Source of the DNA: Phallusia mammillata
Taxonomy: Eukaryota
DNA: 64,000 bases
Reading direction: 5' to 3'
NCBI GenBank assembly: GCA_965637545.1
Contig: OZ281494.1
Coordinates: 30,752,001 to 30,816,000, forward strand
Below the pieces are notes generated by a model. The model did no database searches and was not told the origin of the DNA. It saw only the letters and a list, made by a program, of their open reading frames with translations. The position numbers were made by a program, and so were the translations under genes. Position 1 is the first letter of the stretch. Every line of letters begins with the position of its first letter. Below are positions 24,101-36,265 of the stretch, in pieces.

Positions 24101-26469
24101 CCAAAAGTATTTATGTGTTATTATTTTTGTTCAGACATCGTCCGAACACTCATCCAGTTCTGTCAGTGTACGATCCGCAGAAAAACCCACAGTGACGTCA
24201 GACACATCACGTGTTTCGACTCCGAAGCCCCGAACGCCGACTCCCCCACCTCCAAAACGCACAACACCAGAACCCCCTGTCCCAAAACGTGTCGTTACCC
24301 CTACCAAGGTAAAACGTAACAAAGTCGTATAAACTTTTTTTTCAAAAATCACACGGATCAGATTTGAAAGGCCCAATTCTCAATTTGTAGTGTGTCGTAA
24401 ATTTACTTATTTTTGCAAGAATGCATTGGTATTACTCGGCAGCATTTAATTTCCCGGCCAAGAAAATTCGGTTCGGGGGAGGATTTGGGCTATAGCCTAC
24501 ACAGGGAAATGAAGAACATCTCAGGAAATCGACCCTTAAGGGTTAAATTTCAATAAATGTCATGTGAATTATTGTAGGCCATCGGGGTTATATTATGATC
24601 AAATGCAGTAAAAAAATCGTAATGTTTTTTCAGGCGCCATCAGTTCACTCTTCATCATCATCGGACTCATCATCATCAAGCGATTCGAGTAGTGATTCGG
24701 ATTCCGAGAAGTCGGAAAAAAGTGTAAAACCGAAATCGGCGATTCGAAAAATGGATGACGATACAAAATCGCAGAAAAAAGTCCAAATATCAGGTATGGC
24801 GTGTTATTAAACAGCCACTCCAAGTAAATCCAAAAGTATGCCCTTTTCCTCATATAAACCACCTCTCATGGTACCACGGTGTTTCAAAGGGCAGAAAAAT
24901 TCTCTCAGAAAATGAATTACGTAGTGTTATTTAGTCATCAATTATAACCAATACTAAAGACTTTTGTCACCACACTGTGACACTTATCGTCAGATAAACA
25001 CAAACTTATATTTTATAGATGAAACTCCTGAGCGTCCGAAGGCAGCAAGCCCCAGAAGTGCAAGATTTACGAGGCCCAAGGAGGACAACAATCTCGAACC
25101 AGTGACAACCGAAATCATCATTGTCCGGTGGGTTTAATTCTACCACAAGAATTTCTCCTATTTTGTAGAAACAACACAAAAAACTTAGCCAAGTCTAAGT
25201 CTTCACAACAACCAATATGCCGCTAAGGCGAACGGACGGCCTCAAGTCATAAACAAATGCTTTATTTTACCTTTTTAACAAAGTTTCCTTGATAATGTGC
25301 AATATGTACAGGTCTTTGGCGATGCTTTTTTCATAAATTCCGCTATTTTTTCTTCCAGCAAAAAGCCCCGTTCTGCGCCGGCACGTTCACAAAGATATAT
25401 GGCGGAAAGTTCCGACCTCAAATATCTCAAAAAAGAATGTGACAACTTGGAGAGAAAACTGAAGAAAACCGCCAAAGTTGCTCTCAACAAAAGACCGAAA
25501 GTGTAAGAGTTTAAATTAGGATTGGTCAGATTTTTTTGTAAACCATGATTGAATAGCTGAACTTATAATGTAAAAGCATAAAGGCATGACTTTTTAGGGC
25601 TGTTACTCCCGACAAACTCGATAGCCATACTAACCAGTGCGGTGCATCTTTTGTCACCAGCAGCACTGATAAAATCGTACAAGTCGAAACAATATGCACT
25701 GCAGTTAAACTTATGATATTTGTGAAAAACGTTTAGCGAACAAACACGTTAAATTGACAGTTATACAACGTCGAAAACGATATTTTCGAGATGCCACCAC
25801 TTGCAACTCCATCACTCTTAGGTTTTTTGTCTCTTTAATCCGAGGTGATCAAAATCTTGTTTGTAGCCAACCATACACACCGTTCACGTGGAACAGTCTC
25901 GCACCATACTACAATACAGACACCTTGCGGTACCTGCTGGAAATGCCGGTCTGTGTGAGAAAAGGCTACAACAGTCGGGCTACTGCATCAGGAATGGTAG
26001 ATCCAGAAGTATCATGGAAAATGGATCAGTGCGTATTACACTTTTTAATCGTAGCTCTCAATCGATAATTAGGCTGTGATAAAAGCGTCATTTAACATAG
26101 ATTTGGCCTGAAAACAATAGATCAATCAACAATTTTGTACCTTGTGAAAGACCCAAATAGCCGAAAAAGTGTGTTACTATACCAGCGAAACGTACTGTAC
26201 AAAAATATACTCAAGCATCCTCCAACAATAAATGGTGAAATAAATTTCATTTTTCAGTTGCTTGACGCCAATCACGCCTTCTCGTCCTGAACTGTTCAGG
26301 CAACATTACGCGAGACGGCGGTAAGTAGGCTTTATATGCTTGTAAAGGAAAATTTCATGACAGCCATGTTGTTCACAGAACAAGATCAGCAATGCCAAGG
26401 TTAACATCTGATAGAAGTCCGCTGAAAGCCCGTTTTCCTCCTGTGCAAAGGTCGCCCAGTGACCAGTAA
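21181..26469 (+). CDS. Uncharacterised protein of about 422 aa: Ser/Pro-rich N-terminal two-thirds and a basic, possibly conserved C-terminal region; 10 exons
   Basis: Exons 21181-21319, 22258-22322, 23249-23410, 24135-24308, 24634-24793, 25019-25127, 25359-25502, 25867-26028, 26258-26320, 26379-26469 form a phase-consistent GT-AG chain. The C-terminus includes QPYTPFTWNSLAPYYNTDTLRYLLEMP. I do not recognise the family, and the donors of exons 7-8 are a best choice. Confidence 0.7.
22952..23094 (+). mobile_element. Partial copy of the CAGTGGTGGGATTC hAT MITE family
   Basis: The internal sequence matches 36572-36739. The right TIR GAATCCCACCACTG is intact and the left end is eroded. Confidence 0.75.
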
Positions 26470-27064
26470 GTGATGGTGGCGTGTTTGTGGTTACTTGTGA
26501 AAAGCATAACATACAGAGACGTTTTTTCTTTGATTTCTTACCTTTCATTCTTTGCATGTCATGTATTAAGCCAACAAAGCTGATAGTAACCATCTTACCT
26601 TGCATTTTGTGTTCTCATTTACCTTTGCTTAGTTGCCATTGATAATTAAAAGTAAAACTTTCCAACAATACCGGATTTTTTTGCAGGAAAACAAATGGGT
26701 CCAGACCTACAAGTACAAAGTCTGCCAAGAAGGGATAAATTTAAAGAATATGCTGTTTTGTGTTGCCACTGCACTTAAATATAGCTCTATGCTTTTTTGC
26801 GAAATATATTCATACATTTATATGTGCCAAGTTGTTTCAGTGCTCATTTGTGGCTAAATATTTTTGCTGTACAGTATATGACAGAAAAAAATCAAACAAA
26901 AGTATCACAGTGCGAAGTGGTGTATCAAATTTAAAAGGCAATGTTAGAAATTGTGTCATTCCATCAAAATAGTGAAACAGACAAAGAAGTGATAAAAGCC
27001 ATAAAATACAAGAAAATGATAAACAAACAAGTGCCATAACAAGGTAGGTGTGGAAAAGGCAGTT

Positions 27065-28553
27065 TCATTCATTTTGTGGTGCACCAGTTTTCAAACCTTG
27101 CATGACTTGTCCAAGCATTTTGTTGCAAAGTGCGGCATATGGGTTTGACTGGATCAACTACAAAAATAAATGCTGGTGATATTTTTTCATACATGAGTAC
27201 ATATGCATTTGACCAATAAAATTAGTCATTTGAACATTCCCCTTTTACATGAAATGGAACCTATAGGGTTTTCATACTAAAAAGAATAAATTATGGTGTT
27301 TCAAATTTTAGCACAAACATACTTAAAGTAAACAAACGGATTTTAAACCTTTGCAACACTATTGAGACAAATTTAGAAATTGCAGTTATATCACTAAACC
27401 TTTACATCTAAACTTAGATTGGTATGACCATAAAACAACACAGTCCAATTTTTTTTCTCCAAGGTTGAATACAAAACGACAATTTAGACATACACACACA
27501 TGTATGCACAGCAGTTCAGCAACTTTTCCTTTGTGTTATAATTTATGTATGCACCGCAAAAACGATGAAAAAAATTTACCTCTTGTTTAGCAAACTTGCT
27601 TCCGAGCTTTGCTGCTTGTTTGAAATCACTTTCAGCTGCAGATGTGTCACCGTTTAATTTCATTATAAGCCCTCTCTGGGTAAAAGCAAGGCTTGCTACT
27701 TTGCCTTCTCCATTAGTCAATGTTATGGCAGCATTTAGATCCTCAAGAGCCCCTAAAACAAAGATCATATTGAAACTGCACTATATCAGTCCGCGATTGC
27801 ATTTGCCAAAAATGTTTTAACAGTAGCTCAATCACTAATTGTAAATTTGGTCTATACAATAAAGACTGATATGGCATTTAGCACAGAATCGTAGTAGCAG
27901 TTTTTTCACCAACCATCAATGTCTCCACTGATGCGACGAGCTTGTGCACGGTTATTGTAACCTGAAGCACGCTGGGGTAACATTGTAATTGCTTGATCAA
28001 AACATTTCATAGCCTCCTCTGTGTTTCCAGTTTCCGCAAATGTGACTCCTTCCTTTTCTAATCGCTTGACTTCTGCAAGTTTTATTTGGTCAAAAGTCTC
28101 ATCTGTAACAGTATCTGCAAAAAAAAATGAAATAAGTATGTTGGAGCACTGAGACATTTTATACCAGAGTCGCTAAGTTGTAAGTCTGGCTATATTGGTT
28201 TAAATTTCAATAAAACAGGCTTGATTTGGGCATAACTTTACGCTTGTCATCATCTTCACTGACTTTTTGGCTTATTGGTTGCAAATCTGTGCCAGCAAAA
28301 AACTGCCTTTTATCTGTACTTTTACGTCCGTGGCGTATAAAATTGGATCTTTATTATGTGAATATAATATGGTGTTGTACATTTGGCGCTTGAAAGACGA
28401 ACCAACAACTACAGTATGTAACAGCAGACAGTTAAGAAATACATTACCGTAATCTTGGCTAGCTTCGGCCTCATCGTCTCCACTTAGAGGCAGATTGGGG
28501 TTGATAATCATCTGTAACACTTGCTTGTCATTTTTACAAATTACGGAATCCAT
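27065..28553 (-). CDS. TTC36: Tetratricopeptide repeat protein 36, 4 exons
   Basis: Exons 28553-28448, 28114-27914, 27752-27580, 27157-27065. Motifs ND.QVLQ.I.NP.LP, RASGYNNRAQARR, QRG, AAKLGSKFA and NPYAALCNKML match TTC36. Confidence 0.93.
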
Positions 28554-29431
28554 TTTAAACGTACACGTTCACAGTTGTTAATCGTTTAATCAATGTAGCT
28601 ACAATGCAATGGAAAATACGCCCACTTCTGCCAGCACTTTCAGCCAATCGCCTTGCCTCGAGCTGCGAAAACTTTAATCATAGAAATCGTACCGATTTAT
28701 TATTATTTTTCAAAGTAATTAACTTGAGTAGAGGTAGTTTTTAAGCCTCTTTGCCTAAACTCACAACACTTTTATTTGTGCAAAAATAATAATAATAACC
28801 AGAAGATTATCTGAAGGAAGCCATGTCATTTTGACATGCACCCAAGCTCCACCAATACACTACAAGCAAATCTTTTTGGCCCTCTTGGCGTTAGAATTCT
28901 TGATTTTGTTTGACACTGCATGCCTTTTCCACACATTTTTTAGACACCGATAGTTTTAGCTTGCTAATTCTTGTCAATTACAATAGCAGGTACATAACCA
29001 TAACTCATGCGTAAAATTCAAAAGCGTATTCATGCATATTAATCAGCTAATGCAGAGGCAGGACGTGTAGCAATCTTGCACAGCAGTTTCCGCAATGTAT
29101 TCCTGCAGCAAGATTAAGTAATGTTCGAAATCAGGAATTCGGAAGGTTGTGTAGTGGTAAGACAATAATTTCAATGCATTAAATGTAATTGTGAAATAAA
29201 TTTTATTAGAAAGGAAATGAATTTTTTTCACACTACGACCTATTTAATAATCTTACAACACAATTAAATGAAATATGATGCACTAGTATGTAGTCAGAAA
29301 AAAAGTTTTTGGAAAATATAAACTATTCTCTCATGTTGTTTACCACCAAGTTACTATAACATTATTACAATTTCTTCAAAAGCACTGTCTGTAGCATTCC
29401 TTTAAAGGTTTTGTAACAATCAAGTGTGGCA

Positions 29432-30070
29432 ATGGATGAAAAAGAAGTTCCACCCAAAATATTGGAATATGTGATTAAAAATGCTACAAAGGGTGATGTA
29501 AACAGTGTTATTGATACCATTGATTATTTTTGCCTCAACTTTGCAAGAGAAACAATAAATGTTGGGATAACAAAAGGCAAACACTTGGATGACATGGTGA
29601 AAGAATGTAATCCAAAGTTGGCCCTAGAACTTGGTGCTTATGCAGGTTACAGTGCATTAAGAATTGCTCGTGCCTTACCTGGTGATGGAAAGCTGTACTC
29701 TATTGAAATAGATGAATCACATGCTGAAGTAGCAAGAAAAATGATTACACTTGCTGGAATGGAGAACAAAGTAACAGTGATCAATGGAAGTAGCCAAGAA
29801 GTTCTTAAAACTCTTACACACAAATGCTTTGATTTTGTGTTTTTGGATCATGAAAAAACTTTGTACAAACCAGATCTTTTGCTGTTGGAAGAATTGAAGC
29901 TGATTCATAACAGAAGTGTTGTTGCAGCTGATAATATTATTTTCCCGGGATGTCCAGAATACCTGGAGTATGTCAGAAACAGCCCAAAATATGATTGTCA
30001 AACATTCATGGGTACACTGGATTATCTTGATTCACCAGATGGAATTGAAAAATCTGTGTACAAAATCTAA
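29432..30070 (+). CDS. COMT: Catechol O-methyltransferase copy 1 (soluble type, intronless CDS, 212 aa)
   Basis: Contains LELGAYAGYS (SAM binding), FVFLDHEK, VAADNII and DGIEK. An acceptor CTTTAAAG lies just upstream of the ATG. Confidence 0.93.
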   Translation: MDEKEVPPKILEYVIKNATKGDVNSVIDTIDYFCLNFARETINVGITKGKHLDDMVKECNPKLALELGAYAGYSALRIARALPGDGKLYSIEIDESHAEVARKMITLAGMENKVTVINGSSQEVLKTLTHKCFDFVFLDHEKTLYKPDLLLLEELKLIHNRSVVAADNIIFPGCPEYLEYVRNSPKYDCQTFMGTLDYLDSPDGIEKSVYKI

Positions 30071-31054
30071 GATTTGTTACACTCACAATTACTTGTTTAT
30101 TTTTGTTGAGTTGATCAAACTGTAAATATTAACATAGATTTAACTGGTACAGCATTGTTAAACCTTGTTTTGTATGGACCTTGTGCCTTCTATAAGCTTA
30201 TTTACATACCTCAATTTTAGTATGTCTCGACCTCAAAACTGCACCATAATGAATGTTAGCAACAACAAAATTAACCACCTACCACTTCTGTGTTATTTTC
30301 ACCACTTGAGACTGCCAGTAAGATTACATACATATTGCTGCAAGCATGGATTTGCCAGTCATAAGGACGCCTGGTCTTTTCCTATTTACATCAGTTTTAT
30401 TTTTTAATACACAAAGCCAATTACACCCTTGATTCTTAGCAACACAATAGCTTGTATTACCTGTGTAACTGTAGTGTGTTTAACCTCGATGCACAAAATG
30501 CCTTCTCCAGTCTTTCACGTTTAATAATGAATGATCAAGCTTTGCTCGTATGTATATTCTGTTATTGTATTACAGTTGCATTGCTACGGTTCAATTTGCC
30601 TGTCAAATAAATTCCACTGAACAAACACGAGAATGATTACTGTCCTTTAATATTGCTTGAATTGCTCCAATCCCCGTCCAGTGTACATCGGAAAACGTAA
30701 AAAGGCGGGATGTTAAAAACCTTGCACATAGAAATCGTAGTAAACTGTCAAGTTTTCTGCAAATGCGGAAACTCTGTGATTCTTAACCTTTTCAGATCAT
30801 CTTTACCTCATAAACGTCCTCGGCCTCAATAAAATGATGGATTTAAGTAAAGATTATTTTGTCGTAAGTTGGTCGCAGACTTAATTGTAAGTCTTTTACG
30901 CAGTCCGCGGACTCTAATTTGAGAAACAAAACCTCTCAAACACATTCCCAATTATCACCAGTGCCATATGCTATCTGTGATGTCACCATACACATCTTGC
31001 GTTAATTTTTTCCTTCGTGCTTAAATAAACCCCGTTTTAAGCACAGTTGTCAAC

Positions 31055-31097
31055 CCGCACTGATGATGACAACAGCGATTGATGAAACATCTGCAGG
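31055..31097 (+). ncRNA. Hammerhead-like motif (family A), partly decayed
   Basis: CCGCA CTGATGA T GACA-ACAGCGAT-TGAT GAAA CA TC / TGCAGG. Core nucleotides are intact. Stem I differs in sequence from the 8890 copy but has the same 3 bp + bulged A + 2 bp geometry. Stems II and III carry mismatches. Confidence 0.5.
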
Positions 31098-31744
31098 ATT
31101 TAGGCTGTTCAAAGTGCACAAGATCTCTAGCCTGTGGCAGGTATGATTTTTTTATCACATTCTAAATAGCCGCTGGATGCTTTATTTAGAAAACGGCATG
31201 ATTTGCTGCAGAGTGATGAATATAATGTTTTAGCCACTCATCGTAATTTGCCCTCAGACAGGCCAATTATAATTTAGGCCATAGTTCACGAACGCCGTGC
31301 TCCGAAGAAATCTCTGTGACAAAAACATTACCAAATTAAGCTACAAATCGTCGTGTTTCAAAAACGCGCTTTACTAGGAATCGCCACTTCTTATGTTCGC
31401 ATACGGTATACCTATAGTTTTTGTACGGCCTCGTTTTCGTCACGTAAAGCAGAGTGTTGTTTTCAGGGCAGTCGCTTAATCATTAATTTGTAATTGTAGA
31501 TCAAATTACTTTGTTATATATCTAGAACGGGTTAGTTTTGTCCCACTTACAATACTGTTTTCATGCATGCATTCAACAAGTTATAAATACACTATGTTTA
31601 ATTCCTATTATTACAATTTTATTTACTTCCGTCGGTCATTGTAGACAGGGGGTACGAGAAAATTTTATGAAAGCTCAAAGGGTACGACCGCAAAAAAGGT
31701 TAAGAAACACTGATGTAGGCTATATACTGGCGCAAAGCTGTAAA

Positions 31745-32013
31745 AGTTGTTTTAGCACACCACAAACGAAACGCGATGTTTGCATTGTACAACCTCGGCT
31801 GCACTAATGACTATATGCAGCAATCCAACAAATTTGCCATATATAGCCTGGGATCGCAAGCATCAGCGTTTTCTGGGGGGTAATTCAGTCATGTGTGCGC
31901 TAATAACGTTGGTGCACTGACTTGTACAATGGTTTCCTCTTTTCAAAGCAGCGGTTTGGTTTGCAGCGTTTAAAAACGGCAAATATATGCAACAAATTGC
32001 AATTCTTTTTAGG
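31745..32013 (+). repeat. Upstream segment of the COMT tandem-duplication unit (paralogous to 33955-34212)
   Basis: Shared blocks such as CGCGATGTTTGCATTGTACAACCTCGG and AAATTTGCCATATATAGCCTGGGATCGCAAGCATCAGC. Confidence 0.85.
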
Positions 32014-32400
32014 TTAAACAGTGAACGGATTTGTAGCGGTTGCGGTATAATTTGTGCAAATTTCAAATAGTAGCTTACGTAATTAACTCATTTTAACTTG
32101 CTAGCTCAAAGCTCGCAGTCAAATGGTGCAACGGTTTTATTCAACTGGATTGCAAAATCATGTTTGAACTTTTAAATATTTCCTGTTGCAGTTAATTAAG
32201 TAGATGCCAATTTTGCTGTGATTGGACGCTGCTTTGTGTGGTAATTGTGCAAGAGCACATGTATACGATTTAACGCCTTTATGCGGGGTATATATAAAAC
32301 CGCACTGGTTCATTTCGATCTCTATCTTCTTTGTTCACCACCATGTCATTGATATTATGCATTTTTACCTTTAAAGGTTTTGTAAGAATTAAGTGTGATA

Positions 32401-33034
32401 ATGGATCCAACAGTAGTTCCCTCTAAGATATTAGAATATTAAAAATGCTACAAAGGGTGATGTAAATAGTGTTATTGACACCATTGATTATTTTTGTCTC
32501 AACTTTGCAAGAGAAACAATGCATGTTGGGATAACGAAAGGAAAACACTTGGATGACATGGTGAAAGAATGTAATCCAAAGTTGGCCCTAGAACTTGGTG
32601 CTTATGCAGGGTACAGTGCATTAAGAATTGCACGTGCCTTACCCGATGATGGATAGCTGTACTCTATTGAAATTAAAGAATCACATGCTGAAGTAGCAAG
32701 AAAAATGATTGCACTTGCCGGAATGGAGAACAAAGTAACTGTGATCAATGGAAGTAGCCAAGAAGTTCTTAAAACTCTCACAAACATGTGCTTTGATTTT
32801 GTGTTTTTGGATCATGAAGAAGTTTCTCTTTTACCAGATCTTTCACTGTTGGAAGAACTGAAGCTGATTCATAACAGAAGTGTTGTTGCAGCTGATAATA
32901 TTATTTTCCCGGGATGTCCAGAATACCTGGAGTATGTCAGAAACAGCCCAAAATATGATTGTCAAACATTCATGGGTACATTGGATTATCTTGATTCACC
33001 AGATGGAATTGAAAAATCTGTGTACAAAATCTAA
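32401..33034 (+). pseudogene. COMT: COMT copy 2, pseudogene
   Basis: A 5-bp deletion (GTGAT relative to copy 1) gives TAA at 32440-32442. A second lesion AAG>TAG lies at 32654-32656. DHEK has become DHEE. Confidence 0.92.
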
Positions 33035-33408
33035 GGTATAACATTTGTTACTGTTTGCCATTCCGTTTTGTGAAGCTTTTTGTATAATTATTTTAACAGA
33101 GGTTGTTGAACTTTTGAAAATAACACCGCGTTCTGAAAAATTTCAGCTATTCTTCTGCTAGTCTCTGCCACATCAGCAGAGTTGTAGGTTGGCCCAAACT
33201 CGAAGGTGCAAACCCGTCACCCGTCACAAACGTATTTAAGAAAAATATTTTTATTTATTTATTTTGTGTTTACAATTTTATTGGGCCTCCAGCGCTTGTC
33301 CTACTGACTTACTCCGCCGTTTTTAACATAGTCCAAGCTCAAACTTTTTAAGCAGCCAACACAATAATTACCGTACTCTGTAGTATGTGAATTAACCAGG
33401 TGTGTCGA

Positions 33409-33460
33409 AACATCTGTGTACAAAATCTAGCATTTTCTAATGTTGTACATAAACCTTGTG
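33409..33460 (+). repeat. Short remnant of a COMT 3' end
   Basis: ATCTGTGTACAAAATCTA matches the last codons of copies 1 and 2, followed by AACCTTGTGC as in the copy 1 3' flank. Confidence 0.5.
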
Positions 33461-34490
33461 CAGATCAATGGAAACAAACTTTCCGCTACTTTTGTTGTTG
33501 ATTTTGCTTTGGTTTACCGAGCCAGAGGACTCCATCGATATATTTTCTCTTAGAAACTAAGATGTTTCTATAACTCCTCGAAACGGAAGTGCTTAATTTA
33601 AAACACTGTCTGGTCTGACTTTGGGTATACCCATGTGCAGTCACTTTTACTTTAAACAAGTGTTTCTTAAACTTCTCTTTAGTCTCGTAAACGACTTGTT
33701 AATTTCAAAACGATCTTTTTATTAAAAAAACTCGATGACAGTTTAAGCTCGGATTTCATGAAACAATGAATAACGAAAAAATGTGTATAAACTGGCGACC
33801 GTGGTTTAAAAAAACTCTTTCACTGAAACAACAACTCTAATTGAATTTTGGGGTACTGGGGATATACATTAGAAACATAATATACATACGCGTCAAATAG
33901 TTGGGCTTATATAGTGCGCAAACAATTGAAAAGCAGAAGCAAAGTTGTAATTTTAAACTTGTTTTTGCACACAATGAACGAAACGCGATGTTTGCATTGT
34001 ACAACCTCGGCCGCACGAATTACTGCGCAGCAAACCAAGAAATTTGCCATATATAGCCTGGGATCGCAAGCATCAGCATTTTTTTGGCAGTTCAGTCATG
34101 TGTGCTAATATATGACATTGGTGTGCAGACTTGTACAATGATTTCCTCGTTTTAAAGCAGCGCTTGATAAAGGCAAAGATATGTAACAAATTGCAATTCT
34201 TTTCAGGTTAACAGAAGTTCAAATAAAGGCAAGTGTAAAAAACATGAATGTTCAGGATAATATGTTCTTGTTCTGGATGATTCCTGTTTAACTCCAAAGT
34301 GTAGACTATAGCTCAGCGTATCTACAATGGGTGCTTCCTAAATGTTGGTTAATAAAAAATTGCTTATCGCAGAAGTATTTTAAAATGTCAAAGTAGGTAC
34401 ATGCCGTAAATATATTTATTGGCCATGATTGTTGGTTGGTATAATATGCATTGTTTTTGTTTAAAGTTACGGGTTGTGATAGGTGTCGAC

Positions 34491-35138
34491 ATGTCTCTTA
34501 ATGTGGATTTTACAGTTTCTCAAAAACTGGTGGAATATGTGATTAAAAATGCCACGAAGGGTGATGTAAACAGCGTTATTGACACCATTGATTCCTTTTA
34601 CATTACTTTTGCAAAAGATACGTTCAGTGTTGGAATAACAAAAGGAAAACATTTGGAAGATATCGTAAAAGAATGCAGCCCAAAGTTAGCCCTAGAACTT
34701 GGTACCTATAGTGGATATAGCGCCTTAAGAATTGCCCGTGCCTCACCTGATGGTGGAATGCTGTACTCTGTTGAGCCAGATGAATTAAATGTTGAAAAAT
34801 CGAGAAAGATTATTGACTTTGCCGGAATGGGCAACAAAGTGACTGTTATCAGAGGATATAGCACAAACGTAATCAGGTCTCTTACAATTCCATGTTTCGA
34901 TTTTGTGTTTATGGATCACATGAAGGAGTTGTACAAGCCTGATCTTTTGCTATTGGAAGAACTGAATCTGATCCACTACGGAAGTGTGATTGCAGCTGAT
35001 AACATTATTTGGCCTGGATGTCCGGATTATTTGGAATATGTCAGAAACAGCCCAAAGTATGAATGTCAAACCTTTATGGGAACACTGCGATACACAGAAT
35101 CACCAGATGGAGTTGAAAAATCTGTGTACAGAATATAA
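34491..35138 (+). CDS. COMT: Catechol O-methyltransferase copy 3 (diverged, intronless CDS, 215 aa)
   Basis: Uninterrupted ORF with LELGTYSGYS, FVFMDHMK, IAADNII and DGVEK. Confidence 0.92.
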   Translation: MSLNVDFTVSQKLVEYVIKNATKGDVNSVIDTIDSFYITFAKDTFSVGITKGKHLEDIVKECSPKLALELGTYSGYSALRIARASPDGGMLYSVEPDELNVEKSRKIIDFAGMGNKVTVIRGYSTNVIRSLTIPCFDFVFMDHMKELYKPDLLLLEELNLIHYGSVIAADNIIWPGCPDYLEYVRNSPKYECQTFMGTLRYTESPDGVEKSVYRI

Positions 35139-36265
35139 CATTTGTTACTGCTTGCAATTCCGTTTTGTGAAAGCTTTTTGTATAATTTTTAACCGCGTTC
35201 TTTAACACTTCGCATGTACAAAAGCTCGGTTATTCTACTAAATTGATACTGCGAGGCTATACAATATTAGAGCGGGGCTCTAGGCGGGCCTAATTACTCG
35301 AAAGTACAAACCCGTACCCAGTTACGAACATAGGATATTTTGAATATATTTATTTTGTATGAACAAGTTTTTTGGGCCTCCTATACTGACTTGTTACGCT
35401 GTTTTTAACACAGTGCATCAAGCGCAAACTTTGTAAGCAGCCGCAACACACCAATAACCGTAATCTATGGTATAGCAATGCTTATTGTGCACTCATGTGT
35501 GTAATGCTTCACACATCAATCTAATGTTGCATTTTCAGGGATAGCGATTGTTCTTGTAGTGCAGCGCGCTTTGATTTGTTTGTCTTGCAAAATAAACTCA
35601 GCATAACCCAAACGAAAACAACAACTGGTGTTTTGGACAAATATAAAACCTTCGCTATTAATTTATTAGCCAACAAAAAAGGGAAAATCGGAGTTGGTTC
35701 AAACCTCATAACCTTTTAGTTTAAGACTGGTTGCATATAACCTACATCAATAAATTCAAGTTTGTTGTAGAGGGCTATCCTTTTCCGATAATGGGTGGAG
35801 GTTAGGTCGGTCCAAAGAAACCAGAGAAACCAATAAAAAGTCCATACAAAACAGCTCTCAATTAATCGTGCCTCCGGTACCGGGGTAATACCAGACGGCG
35901 TGGGGATGTGTCGTGCTTTTTGTTTGCAGCATGGCTTGGGCCAAGCTAAGGCGATGTCCGGCACAAACCATGTTGTTTTAATCATTTAATGGTTGCCTAT
36001 TTACCGAACAATGAAGGTGATGTTTGGTTGCCTGGCCAAAATGATAAATATAAGAGAAGTAAGAAAAACGTGGCATTTTGGGGAAATGCACGAAGACAAA
36101 AACCATATCCATGATGGCAATTCTGCTTTTAAAGACACAGAAAAAATATTTCCACTGCCACGGATTAATGACCGAATACAAGGCAAAAGTGGTAGGGGAA
36201 GTCCCCATAAAATGTCTGCAAGTATTGGTGAATTACAGATCCACTGCCCCGCTAGCATTTTTGAT

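Noticed and set aside
26306-26605. 99-aa minus-strand ORF as a small membrane-protein gene
   Set aside because: It is the antisense of the last two exons of the Ser-rich gene and has no family resemblance.
35716-36260. Overlapping ORFs upstream of INTS10 as a separate small gene or retroelement fragment
   Set aside because: No recognisable domain and no consistent exon chain in any frame.
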